Part shown: piece after piece, positions 1 to 6,608 of the stretch
Numbering within the stretch: position 1 is the stretch's first letter
How the letters are laid out: every line of letters starts with the position of its first letter
Virus record (IMG/VR): IMGVR_UViG_3300024432_001830
Length of the DNA stretch: 12,720 bases
Origin: a virus
Strand: one strand, 5' to 3'
Made by a program: the position numbers and the translations under genes
The notes under the pieces: model-generated
The model's input: the letters and a program-made list of their open reading frames with translations, nothing else
Databases searched by the model: none
Told to the model about the DNA's origin: nothing

Positions 1-1415
1 TCATTTAAGCCTAACATGCCTACAAGATGTGAAACCTTATTAATTTTAAAATAGGGATCTCCATCATTATTCATTGTTAAAAGTGCAAGTGGCCCCTTAT
101 CTCCTAGAGATAAAATTCTTTCAATAAATCTTTGTTTTTGATGATGAGCTTTTACTACAATACTAAAAAGTTTTGTTATTCTATCAAATATCTTATCACC
201 TTTTGTTATAAGACCTATTCTAGGAAGATTAAGCGTTATATTCTGAATAGCACAATAACGCATCTTCCAAGGTGTTTTAGCGTCTTGTAAGTCATTGTTA
301 TCTAAGGTAAAACTCAAACGACAGCATTCTGATATCTTAGCTGTTTTTCCCCTATCAAATAAAAAATAAGGATTACCCATCTTTGATGCTACACTACATA
401 CATGATTTAAAAATTTTTCATGTCCTGGTGTTTGAAAAAACTTTTCAGTTATGTGTAAGTTTGGTTTTGGAAAAAAAAACGGTCTACCTGAAGCATCTCC
501 TTCTTTATATACATCAAGAAGTGCCCACACAAAATTTTGACTTTCTTTTTCATACTCTTTATAAGTTTTTCCAGTATACTTTCCTCCTGGCCCTATAGCT
601 GGTGTATTCTCAAAATGTTTAGGGATTTCCCAATAAAGATTAATATCGCTGAAGATGCTTTGGCCCCCCCGGGCGACGGCCTGTTGCGAAAATTCATATA
701 CTAGCATTTGTGCTATTTGATATATTTTTTCTTTACTTAAATCTACCAAATAAGGAGCAAAAAAAAGATTTACGGCATCCCATCCTATAGCACCTGCATA
801 GTGACATTGTAAACTAGCTGAAAATTTAACCATATGTGCTAATAAAACTTCTGGATGTATAGCTGGTTTTGCCACAGCTAAAGAGTTAGGAAGATTTAAT
901 CCGAATTTCTTAATGTATTCAAGACTCTGCCCGGAACAATAATTCCTATCTGGCATAGTAAGGTCATGAAGATGTATATCACCTTTCACATGAGCATTTG
1001 TTACGTCCTTACTAAAAACTCTTCTAAGTGCGTAGTCTTTCTTAATAATTCCTGCAAGAGTTAAATTAGTAGCTTCTGGCCCATGCGGTACATTAGCATT
1101 TTCAAGATTAGGTTTAACCATCATTTCATCTACATCATAAATAGGAACTCCTAATCTATCATGCTTAAGTCGTTCCTTTTCTAAGCCTTGTTCTATTAAT
1201 TTAGCGTTAACAAGTTCTCTCACTAAACTAGTTGTAATAGTTTTAATTTTTGAAGAAAATATCTGATCTTCAACTTCAATACTTATTTCTTCTGCTAGTT
1301 GCTCTTTTATGTTTGTTTCTCTTAAAAGGGCTTCTACAATTTTTGATCTGTCCCAGTTACTTATTTCTTCGTCTGATGTTCTTATAGACAGAGCAATATC
1401 AGTGGTATCTTTCAT
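1..1415 (-). CDS. nrdD: Anaerobic ribonucleoside-triphosphate reductase (class III RNR) NrdD. This is the N-terminal ~471 codons. The ORF is open to position 1, so the C-terminal glycyl-radical region lies beyond the left edge of the window.
   Basis: I translated the minus strand by hand from the ATG at 1413-1415, which has GGAGG at 1423-1427 six nt upstream. The translation begins MKDTTDIALSIRTSDEEISNWDRSKIVEALL, an ATP-cone-like N-terminus. It continues through NAHVKGDIHLHDL, ECCRLSF and NITLNLPRIGLITKGD. These match conserved NrdD blocks; E. coli NrdD has GDIHYHDL, MGCRSF and ISLNLPRIALEAKGD. The ORF is absent from the supplied track because it has no in-window stop. Confidence 0.9.
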   Translation of the reverse strand, partial: MKDTTDIALSIRTSDEEISNWDRSKIVEALLRETNIKEQLAEEISIEVEDQIFSSKIKTITTSLVRELVNAKLIEQGLEKERLKHDRLGVPIYDVDEMMVKPNLENANVPHGPEATNLTLAGIIKKDYALRRVFSKDVTNAHVKGDIHLHDLTMPDRNYCSGQSLEYIKKFGLNLPNSLAVAKPAIHPEVLLAHMVKFSASLQCHYAGAIGWDAVNLFFAPYLVDLSKEKIYQIAQMLVYEFSQQAVARGGQSIFSDINLYWEIPKHFENTPAIGPGGKYTGKTYKEYEKESQNFVWALLDVYKEGDASGRPFFFPKPNLHITEKFFQTPGHEKFLNHVCSVASKMGNPYFLFDRGKTAKISECCRLSFTLDNNDLQDAKTPWKMRYCAIQNITLNLPRIGLITKGDKIFDRITKLFSIVVKAHHQKQRFIERILSLGDKGPLALLTMNNDGDPYFKINKVSHLVGMLGLN

Positions 1416-1481
1416 TCCTAACCTCCTATATGTTTCTAAATCTACTCTAACCTTTATATAATACAAAAAATTTAATGCTGC

Positions 1482-1661
1482 TTATTCCCTCCAACTATAT
1501 TTTCCTTCTTTCATTCTATCTACTTCTGATTTTCTCATTGTTTTTAAAACTCTTTTTGATTTATAACCATCAATTACCGTAACAGCAAAACATAATTCTT
1601 CATCTGTAATAATTCTATCTACTTTTAAAACTTTTGTAACACAATTATCTATTATATTCAT
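1482..1661 (-). CDS. Hypothetical small protein of 59 aa (MNIIDNCVTKVLKVDRIITDEELCFAVTVIDGYKSKRVLKTMRKSEVDRMKEGKYSWRE). It is below the size cutoff of the ORF track.
   Basis: The ORF runs from the ATG at 1661 to a TAA at 1482-1484. It fills the gap between the 166-aa ORF and nrdD on the same strand. Its ribosome-binding site is weak (GAAAGAG 2 nt from the ATG) and it has no recognisable motif. Confidence 0.3.
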   Translation of the reverse strand: MNIIDNCVTKVLKVDRIITDEELCFAVTVIDGYKSKRVLKTMRKSEVDRMKEGKYSWRE

Positions 1662-1674
1662 ATCTCTTTCTGTA

Positions 1675-2175
1675 CTAAATTTCTTTTAAAAGACTTTCCA
1701 TAGAGAAATACTTATCGTTTTTTCCCCATTTATCTGATTTAATTAACTGTTCTCTTATATCTTTAACTATTTCAACAGCTTGTTCTTTACTAATAGCCCA
1801 AACAACTATGCGTAATATTTTGTCAGGAAATATTTTGTCAGGATTAGAAACATATTTATCTTTAATATACATTCTACCCCAATAAATATAACTCTTTTTA
1901 TTAGCTTCTTCTACCTGATAAAAAGTTAAAAGTTGTTTTTCTACACTATGAATACAGCCGTCTTTGAATATTACTACTTGGTAAATACTATGCCCTTCTG
2001 GATAAACATGGCTTTCTTCATCAATGATAGTTATTTCGTCGTCATTCCAATCATCATCTGGGAATCTATTTTTAAAATCATTTGCTTTTTCCTTAGAAGA
2101 AAAAATTCCTCTTACAGTATAATCTTCATAATCTCCAGTACTTACTAAAATAAAACTAGTCACTAAATTATTCAT
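1675..2175 (-). CDS. Hypothetical protein of 166 aa with no recognisable family. It contains an in-frame PDKIF-PDKIL repeat.
   Basis: The ORF-track entry has an ATG at 2173-2175 preceded by GGAGG (TTAAAGGAGGTATAT-ATG). Its start lies 11 nt downstream of the topoisomerase stop, and the GGAGG sits immediately after that stop, so the two genes are tightly packed. Confidence 0.7.
   Translation of the reverse strand: MNNLVTSFILVSTGDYEDYTVRGIFSSKEKANDFKNRFPDDDWNDDEITIIDEESHVYPEGHSIYQVVIFKDGCIHSVEKQLLTFYQVEEANKKSYIYWGRMYIKDKYVSNPDKIFPDKILRIVVWAISKEQAVEIVKDIREQLIKSDKWGKNDKYFSMESLLKEI
1814..1843. repeat. Perfect tandem duplication of the 15-nt unit aatattttgtcagga (2 copies). It lies in frame inside the 166-aa ORF and encodes the PDKIF/PDKIL repeat.
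   Basis: The two copies are visible directly in the sequence at 1814-1828 and 1829-1843. Confidence 0.8.
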
Positions 2176-2186
2176 ATATACCTCCT

Positions 2187-4058
2187 TTAAATTCCTAAAA
2201 GTTTCTTTCGATGAACAGCGTCTTTTCCCATAATATTTTCTATAAGATATTCACACTGTTCTGTTAATATTACTTTATATAAAATTCTAGTATCTGGATT
2301 CATAGCAAAAAGTTTCATATCACTAGCTTCACATTCTCCCCATCCTTTCATACGAGTTATGTGTACGTTTGCACTTTTTGGCAATTGACTTTTTATATTC
2401 TCTAAAGTATTACCATAATACTTCCTATCTTTATAAGAAGTAATGAATAAAGGAGCATTTACTACATACACCATATCCGCTTCAATTAACTCTTTCATAT
2501 AGTTAATAACTAAGCTAAGAGCCAGACATCGAATATGGTAACCGTCATCATCTTCATCTGGTATAAAAATTATTTTTCCTACACGAGCTTTAGTTGGGTC
2601 GCATAAGGTTAAATCTTTGACGTTTTGATTAGAACCTATAGATGTGAATATGTTTCGTACATCTTCGTTTTTGAATAATTCAACGGAAGGATTTTTTGAG
2701 GCATTTGTAAATTTACCTTTTAAAGATAGAATTTCTTGGTATCTAGGATCTCTGGCGTTTTTAAGTGTACCTTGAGCACTTTTCCCTTCACAAATAAATA
2801 GCTCTCTCTCTTCTGGTTTACATCTTGGTGCACCAAGCAAAACTGTAGGAAGCACATGTTTAGATGTTTTTTTAACAAAAGTTATATCTTTTATCGCTGC
2901 ACGTTTCTCTCTGAATTTATCCCGCGCTTGTTTTATTTTAACAGCTTTTGTTAAAATAGTATCAGTCAAACTTTTGTTTTTCTGAAAAAAGTCTAAAAGC
3001 AACGGTAATAGAGTATTCTTAACGTAATTCTCAGCGTCATCGCTAGAAAGTTTCTCTTTAGTCTGATTAGTATAGGTAGGATCTTTCATTCTATGATGGA
3101 TAATACCGACTAACCCTAATCTTAAATCGTCTTTGCTGTATTTGTCGTTACTGAAAGGAGCAACTGCTTCATTTAAAGCCTTTTTAAAACCAGTAAAATG
3201 ACTACCTTGTTCTGGAGTATGACAGCAATTAACATAGCTGTGTATTTTTTCCTCGTCAGCATTTGTCCATTGTAATGAAACATCTAAAAAATTATCTGTA
3301 AATTCGAATCTTTTACTTACTGTAGATAATTTATTATTTTCTACTGTTTCAATAACCCATTGGGATAAGCCATTTTTTGACTTATATATTGTTTCTTTAC
3401 CCTCAACTACAAGCACAAATTCCAAATTAGGACAAAGATATTTAATATTAGATAACCATTCTTTGAGTCTTCTTATAGGTATTCTATAGTTTTTAACAAA
3501 AATTTCTGGATCAGGTATAAATTTTACAACAGTTCCACTTTTCCAATTAATAGGAGGTTTTACATTTTCAGTAACTTCAGTTTGAGGAATACCTTGTTTA
3601 AAACTTTGATAGTACCATGTTTTATTTCCTTCTTGGCTTACATCAAAATTTTTAGAACGATATGTCCATACTTCAAAATTTGAAGACAAAGCATTTGTGG
3701 CACTGATACCAACACCATGCGTACCAGAAGTAATACTTTTACCAGAAAATTTTCCTCCAGCATGTATTCTTGTTAATACTGTTGTAAGAGTGCTAAATCC
3801 TGTTTTAGGATGGTTTTCTACGGGTATTCCTCTGCCCCTATCCGCTACCAATACCGTCATGTTTTCTTTATCTATTTCTATGTAAACTTTAGTATTTTCA
3901 TCTACTAGAAATTCATCAATGCAGTTATCGACCGCTTCTTTAATTATCTGGAAAAGAGCAGTTTTATTTATATCTCCTACGTATACTCCAGGTTTTTTTT
4001 TAATACCCTCAAGACCCTCAAAAACATCAATATCAGCAGCTGTGTAGCTATTTTTCAT
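2187..4058 (-). CDS. DNA topoisomerase II ATPase+Toprim subunit of phage T4 gp39 type (GyrB/ParE-like; GHKL ATPase, transducer, Toprim), 623 aa. It is a single chain, i.e. not split into gp39 and gp60 as in T4.
   Basis: The translation carries the GHKL signature: IIKEAVDNCIDEF (N-box DNxxDE), ADRGRGIP (G1 box DNGRGIP-like), HAGGKFSG and TSGTHGVGISATNALS (G2/G3). It carries the Toprim signature too: FICEGKSAQGT (EGDSA-like) and IPDEDDDGYHI (DxD). The overall pattern resembles T4 gp39 (KAGGNF, GGMNGVGSS) more than canonical bacterial GyrB. The ATG at 4058 follows AGGGGATAAT. Confidence 0.85.
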   Translation of the reverse strand: MKNSYTAADIDVFEGLEGIKKKPGVYVGDINKTALFQIIKEAVDNCIDEFLVDENTKVYIEIDKENMTVLVADRGRGIPVENHPKTGFSTLTTVLTRIHAGGKFSGKSITSGTHGVGISATNALSSNFEVWTYRSKNFDVSQEGNKTWYYQSFKQGIPQTEVTENVKPPINWKSGTVVKFIPDPEIFVKNYRIPIRRLKEWLSNIKYLCPNLEFVLVVEGKETIYKSKNGLSQWVIETVENNKLSTVSKRFEFTDNFLDVSLQWTNADEEKIHSYVNCCHTPEQGSHFTGFKKALNEAVAPFSNDKYSKDDLRLGLVGIIHHRMKDPTYTNQTKEKLSSDDAENYVKNTLLPLLLDFFQKNKSLTDTILTKAVKIKQARDKFREKRAAIKDITFVKKTSKHVLPTVLLGAPRCKPEERELFICEGKSAQGTLKNARDPRYQEILSLKGKFTNASKNPSVELFKNEDVRNIFTSIGSNQNVKDLTLCDPTKARVGKIIFIPDEDDDGYHIRCLALSLVINYMKELIEADMVYVVNAPLFITSYKDRKYYGNTLENIKSQLPKSANVHITRMKGWGECEASDMKLFAMNPDTRILYKVILTEQCEYLIENIMGKDAVHRKKLLGI

Positions 4059-4075
4059 ATTATCCCCTATAACTT

Positions 4076-4104
4076 AAAAAGAGGTGTGGTAACACACCCC
4101 TTTT
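4076..4104 (-). terminator. Intrinsic terminator hairpin, usable in either direction, between the acidic-protein gene and the topoisomerase gene. The plus-strand sequence is aaaaa-GAGGTGTG-gtaa-CACACCCC-tttt.
   Basis: The 8-bp GC-rich stem has one mismatch (4081-4088 / 4093-4100) around a 4-nt loop. It is flanked by an A-run upstream and a T-run downstream on the plus strand, so on the minus-strand transcript the hairpin is followed by UUUUUAA. It sits 18 nt after the acidic-gene stop and 18 nt before the topoisomerase start. Confidence 0.55.
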
Positions 4105-4118
4105 CTAGTATAATATTT

Positions 4119-4817
4119 CTACAGATCACGAGAAGCAGCTGTAGCCAATTCCATTAACAAAATACTTAATTCACTAAAAGCTTGAGCTAAACTGTCTATT
4201 GTTTGTGCGGCCTTTTTCTGTAACAAGCTGCTCTTACAATCAGCACATTTTTTATCACAAGCACAATCGTCTTCATCAAGCTTATCTTCTCCTTCTTCCA
4301 ATTCATCTTTAGGATCTAATTGCTCAGAATTCTCTTCCAATTCATCTTTAGGATCTAATTGCTCAGAATTCTCTTCCAATTCATCTTCAGGATCATCTTC
4401 ATCTTTAGGATCTAATTGCTCAGAATTCTCTTCATCTTCTTCTAATTCTTCTGTTTTTTCAGAAACATCTAATTCTTCAGACTTTTCAGTAGGTTCTTCT
4501 AATTCTTTTAGTTCATCCTCTGCTTCAGACTCTTCTAATTCTTCTACTTTTAGTTCTGATGAGAAAGAGGACTCTTCTAATTCTTCTTCAGACTCTTCTA
4601 ATTCTTCTTCAGACTCTTCTAATTCTTCAGTTTCTTCTAATTCTTCAGTTTCTTCTAATTCTTCAGTTTCTTCCAAATCCTCAACTTCTTCTAAAAACTC
4701 TTCATCTGCTTCAATATCCTCTTCCAAAGGATCTTCTATTTCGTCTAATTCCTCCTCTTCTACATCATTCCAATCTAATTCTTGATCTTCTTGTTTTACT
4801 TTTTTATTTTTACCCAT
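4119..4817 (-). CDS. Extremely acidic tandem-repeat protein of 232 aa, roughly half Glu/Asp. The repeats are (ETEELE)x3, (ESEEELE)x2 and (LEENSEQLDPKDE)x3. They are followed by a Cys knuckle (DDCACDKKCADC) and a C-terminal amphipathic/hydrophobic tail (AAQTIDSLAQAFSELSILLMELATAASRDL).
   Basis: The ORF-track entry has an AAGGAG upstream of the ATG at 4817, although the spacing is long (about 13 nt). The terminator hairpin follows immediately. The tandem repeats are visible at DNA level and stay in frame. Confidence 0.7.
   Translation of the reverse strand: MGKNKKVKQEDQELDWNDVEEEELDEIEDPLEEDIEADEEFLEEVEDLEETEELEETEELEETEELEESEEELEESEEELEESSFSSELKVEELEESEAEDELKELEEPTEKSEELDVSEKTEELEEDEENSEQLDPKDEDDPEDELEENSEQLDPKDELEENSEQLDPKDELEEGEDKLDEDDCACDKKCADCKSSLLQKKAAQTIDSLAQAFSELSILLMELATAASRDL
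4296..4430. repeat. Three tandem copies of a 39-nt unit (ttccaattcatctttaggatctaattgctcagaattctc), lying in frame inside the acidic-protein gene. The third copy carries an 18-nt insertion.
   Basis: The copies start at 4296, 4335 and 4374, giving a period of 39 nt = 13 codons (LEENSEQLDPKDE). Confidence 0.9.
4570..4683. repeat. Tandem array of 21-nt units (gactcttctaattcttcttca) and 18-nt units (gtttcttctaattcttca), about six units in total, lying in frame inside the acidic-protein gene.
   Basis: The repeats are visible directly and encode the (ESEEELE)/(ETEELE) repeats. Confidence 0.85.
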
Positions 4818-4849
4818 ACTTTATTTTTTTCTCCTTTAACCTTTACTAA

Positions 4850-6145
4850 CAAATATATCAAATAATTTAGCAAAATCATTAAAAAAACACAATGATAACT
4901 TAAGTTTAACACTACATGGTTAGAAATTCCTTTCTTTTATGGACTTTCCCAATGGATTAACCACCAACCCTCTATCAGGTACCGACTTTTTTAAAAAGCT
5001 ATCCCCAATTACTTTTCTTAGTACCCCTAATGCTCCATTAATATCAGCATTAAGTAATATTCCTGTAGAGCTTTTAAATAATCCTCTCTTTACTCTTGTA
5101 CCTAAGTATTTTTCATGATGTTTCATTTCTTCAAAAGCTAAGTGATCACATTTAGATGTATAACTTTCTTCTGTAGTAACAACTTTTATCCCTACTTCTT
5201 CAGCTTTGTAAATTATTTGTTGTATCAATTTATTAAAAGGAATATTTACGAATTTCTGATTATTTCTCTTACCTAAATGTACTTCCTGTTTCCATCCTTC
5301 ATTCTTACCAATAACTATATTTTTAATATTTTTTTCTAAACAATAATTTACAACGAATCTTGAAGTATGATGAAGATAATTGTAAACTCTATTATTCCTT
5401 TTGAAAACTAGCTTCTTTATTCTATTAGAAGTTCCAATGTTTCCTACATAACTCATAAACTTAGATAACATTTTGTTGAAATATTGATTAATAGACTTTA
5501 ATAATTTACCTTTAATAAGAACAGATACTATTTCTGACTTATTTGAAACACAAGTTGCAAGATTATTAATTCCAAGATCAATACCTAAGTATAAATTTTC
5601 ATTTAAATCACATATTTTTTTCTCCTTTTCGTATACTACCTCAATTACATAGCAGGTAGCTTGAGGTATAATTCTTATAAGTTTTATCTCTTTGAAAACA
5701 ATTTTAGATTTTAAAGGCTTCATGCCACTTTTTTCTGGAAAAAATATGTATTCATTTTTAAGTCGTATTTGTTGATTAGTAAATATTACAATGTTTTTAT
5801 CCTTTTTATAACCTGGAATCTTAGGGGTAGCTTTAAATTTACTAGAATCTTTTTTATGGCTTTTAATAGCTCTGAAATAAGATAACCAATTTTTATCAAG
5901 TAATTTAAATACTTGTTGTGCTGTTTGAGCTGGTAATACTTGATAGCACTTTGTTGCTTTAAAAAAATCATTTATTTCATAATAATCCAGATACATACCT
6001 GTTTCAAAAAAGCATTGTCTAATGAAATAATTAGCCCTGTTATAGAGATTCTTAGATAGCAAACTTATCTCATCTAGGATTTTAGATTTAAATATTATGT
6101 GTCTTTCTACTCTTTTCATATTTCTTTCTCAATTCTATATTTACA
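4850..6145 (-). mobile_element. Approximate extent of an IS1341-like (IS200/IS605-family, tnpB-only) element. Its ends cannot be identified from a single copy.
   Basis: The placement is inferred from the tnpB CDS plus the expectation that the left end (LE) and right end (RE) flank it. Only 21 nt separate the tnpB ATG from the stop of the neighbouring 155-aa ORF, so the LE must be very short or overlap that ORF. Confidence 0.3.
4920..6119 (-). CDS. tnpB: TnpB (OrfB) of the IS200/IS605 family, 399 aa. It is an RNA-guided RuvC-like nuclease / IS1341-type transposase accessory protein, and no TnpA gene is present in the window.
   Basis: The catalytic motifs are present: RuvC-I LGIDLGINNLATCV, RuvC-II NIVIGKNEGW and RuvC-III NADINGALGVLRK. 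Between RuvC-II and RuvC-III is a degenerate zinc-finger region with C-x-H...HH in place of CxxC...CxxC. The length and overall architecture are typical of TnpB. Confidence 0.85.
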   Translation of the reverse strand: MKRVERHIIFKSKILDEISLLSKNLYNRANYFIRQCFFETGMYLDYYEINDFFKATKCYQVLPAQTAQQVFKLLDKNWLSYFRAIKSHKKDSSKFKATPKIPGYKKDKNIVIFTNQQIRLKNEYIFFPEKSGMKPLKSKIVFKEIKLIRIIPQATCYVIEVVYEKEKKICDLNENLYLGIDLGINNLATCVSNKSEIVSVLIKGKLLKSINQYFNKMLSKFMSYVGNIGTSNRIKKLVFKRNNRVYNYLHHTSRFVVNYCLEKNIKNIVIGKNEGWKQEVHLGKRNNQKFVNIPFNKLIQQIIYKAEEVGIKVVTTEESYTSKCDHLAFEEMKHHEKYLGTRVKRGLFKSSTGILLNADINGALGVLRKVIGDSFLKKSVPDRGLVVNPLGKSIKERNF

Positions 6146-6608
6146 TTTGTCTTAAGCTTCTTCTTTTCTTGTTTACCTCCTCTGATTTTAAAAAAGCACC
6201 TGTATACTCAAAACCCCCAGGTTTATCTGGATTTATGTAACAAGATGTTGTATAGTACATGCCTACTTTCTCCACTTTAGTAAATTTTGTACCGTCTATA
6301 AATGGTTCTATAGTTAATTTACTTAATTCGTTTAGAAACATTTCTTTTGTTTCTTCAGTTATTTCCTTTTGGCTTAAAATACGTAACTCTACCCAAGGAA
6401 CTCTTTTTTTCTGGTCTTCAACATAGGTCAGAATCTTATGGTTTAAAAATACAATAAGATCTTTAGAGCTATTATGTATAGCTGTAGGAACATCTTTGCT
6501 TTTTTTCCAACCTATAGCCATAAATTTCATAATAAGCAATTCAAGTTCCCTGCGCATTATCATTGTAAATTTTTCGTCTGTCTCACTAAAGGGTAGATTA
6601 ACATTCAT
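6141..6608 (-). CDS. Hypothetical protein of 155 aa with no recognisable motif.
   Basis: The ORF-track entry has an ATG at 6606-6608 that overlaps the upstream gene's TGA in an ATGA arrangement, which indicates translational coupling. It is on the same strand as the rest of the operon. Confidence 0.6.
   Translation of the reverse strand: MNVNLPFSETDEKFTMIMRRELELLIMKFMAIGWKKSKDVPTAIHNSSKDLIVFLNHKILTYVEDQKKRVPWVELRILSQKEITEETKEMFLNELSKLTIEPFIDGTKFTKVEKVGMYYTTSCYINPDKPGGFEYTGAFLKSEEVNKKRRSLRQM

Noticed and set aside
383-598. Plus-strand ORFs in the track: 383-598, 1933-2148, 3697-3885, 4559-4849, 7463-7687, 9245-9481, 9388-9660, 10194-10409, 11269-11484. Minus-strand out-of-frame ORFs: 5786-5971 and 11474-11677.
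   Set aside because: Each lies antisense to, or in another frame within, a much longer well-supported minus-strand gene. They are low-complexity (L/F/I-rich) translations of AT-rich DNA with no ribosome-binding sites. The 4559-4849 ORF is just the reverse read of the acidic-repeat array.
1-1415. A group I intron or homing endonuclease within nrdD, as occurs in T4 nrdD.
   Set aside because: The NrdD reading frame is continuous across the whole visible 1415 nt with conserved blocks in the expected order. No interrupting structured or non-coding segment is present.
3966-3973. A T4 late-promoter-like TATAAATA on the minus strand, with similar A/T boxes near 1455-1465 and 7670-7677.
   Set aside because: The exact 8-mer lies inside the topoisomerase coding region. 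Several such A/T octamers are expected by chance at this base composition, so I cannot support promoter calls from sequence alone.
4059-4118. A sigma70-like promoter for the topoisomerase gene (TATTATACT -10-like on the minus strand).
   Set aside because: The -35 match is poor, and the putative +1 would fall at the terminator hairpin itself. I cannot support it.
4296-4683. Tandem repeats, considered as a possible CRISPR array.
   Set aside because: The repeats are in frame inside a continuous coding sequence. The units are directly adjacent with no unique spacers, and the periods are 39, 21 and 18 nt. They are protein-coding tandem repeats and not repeat-spacer units.
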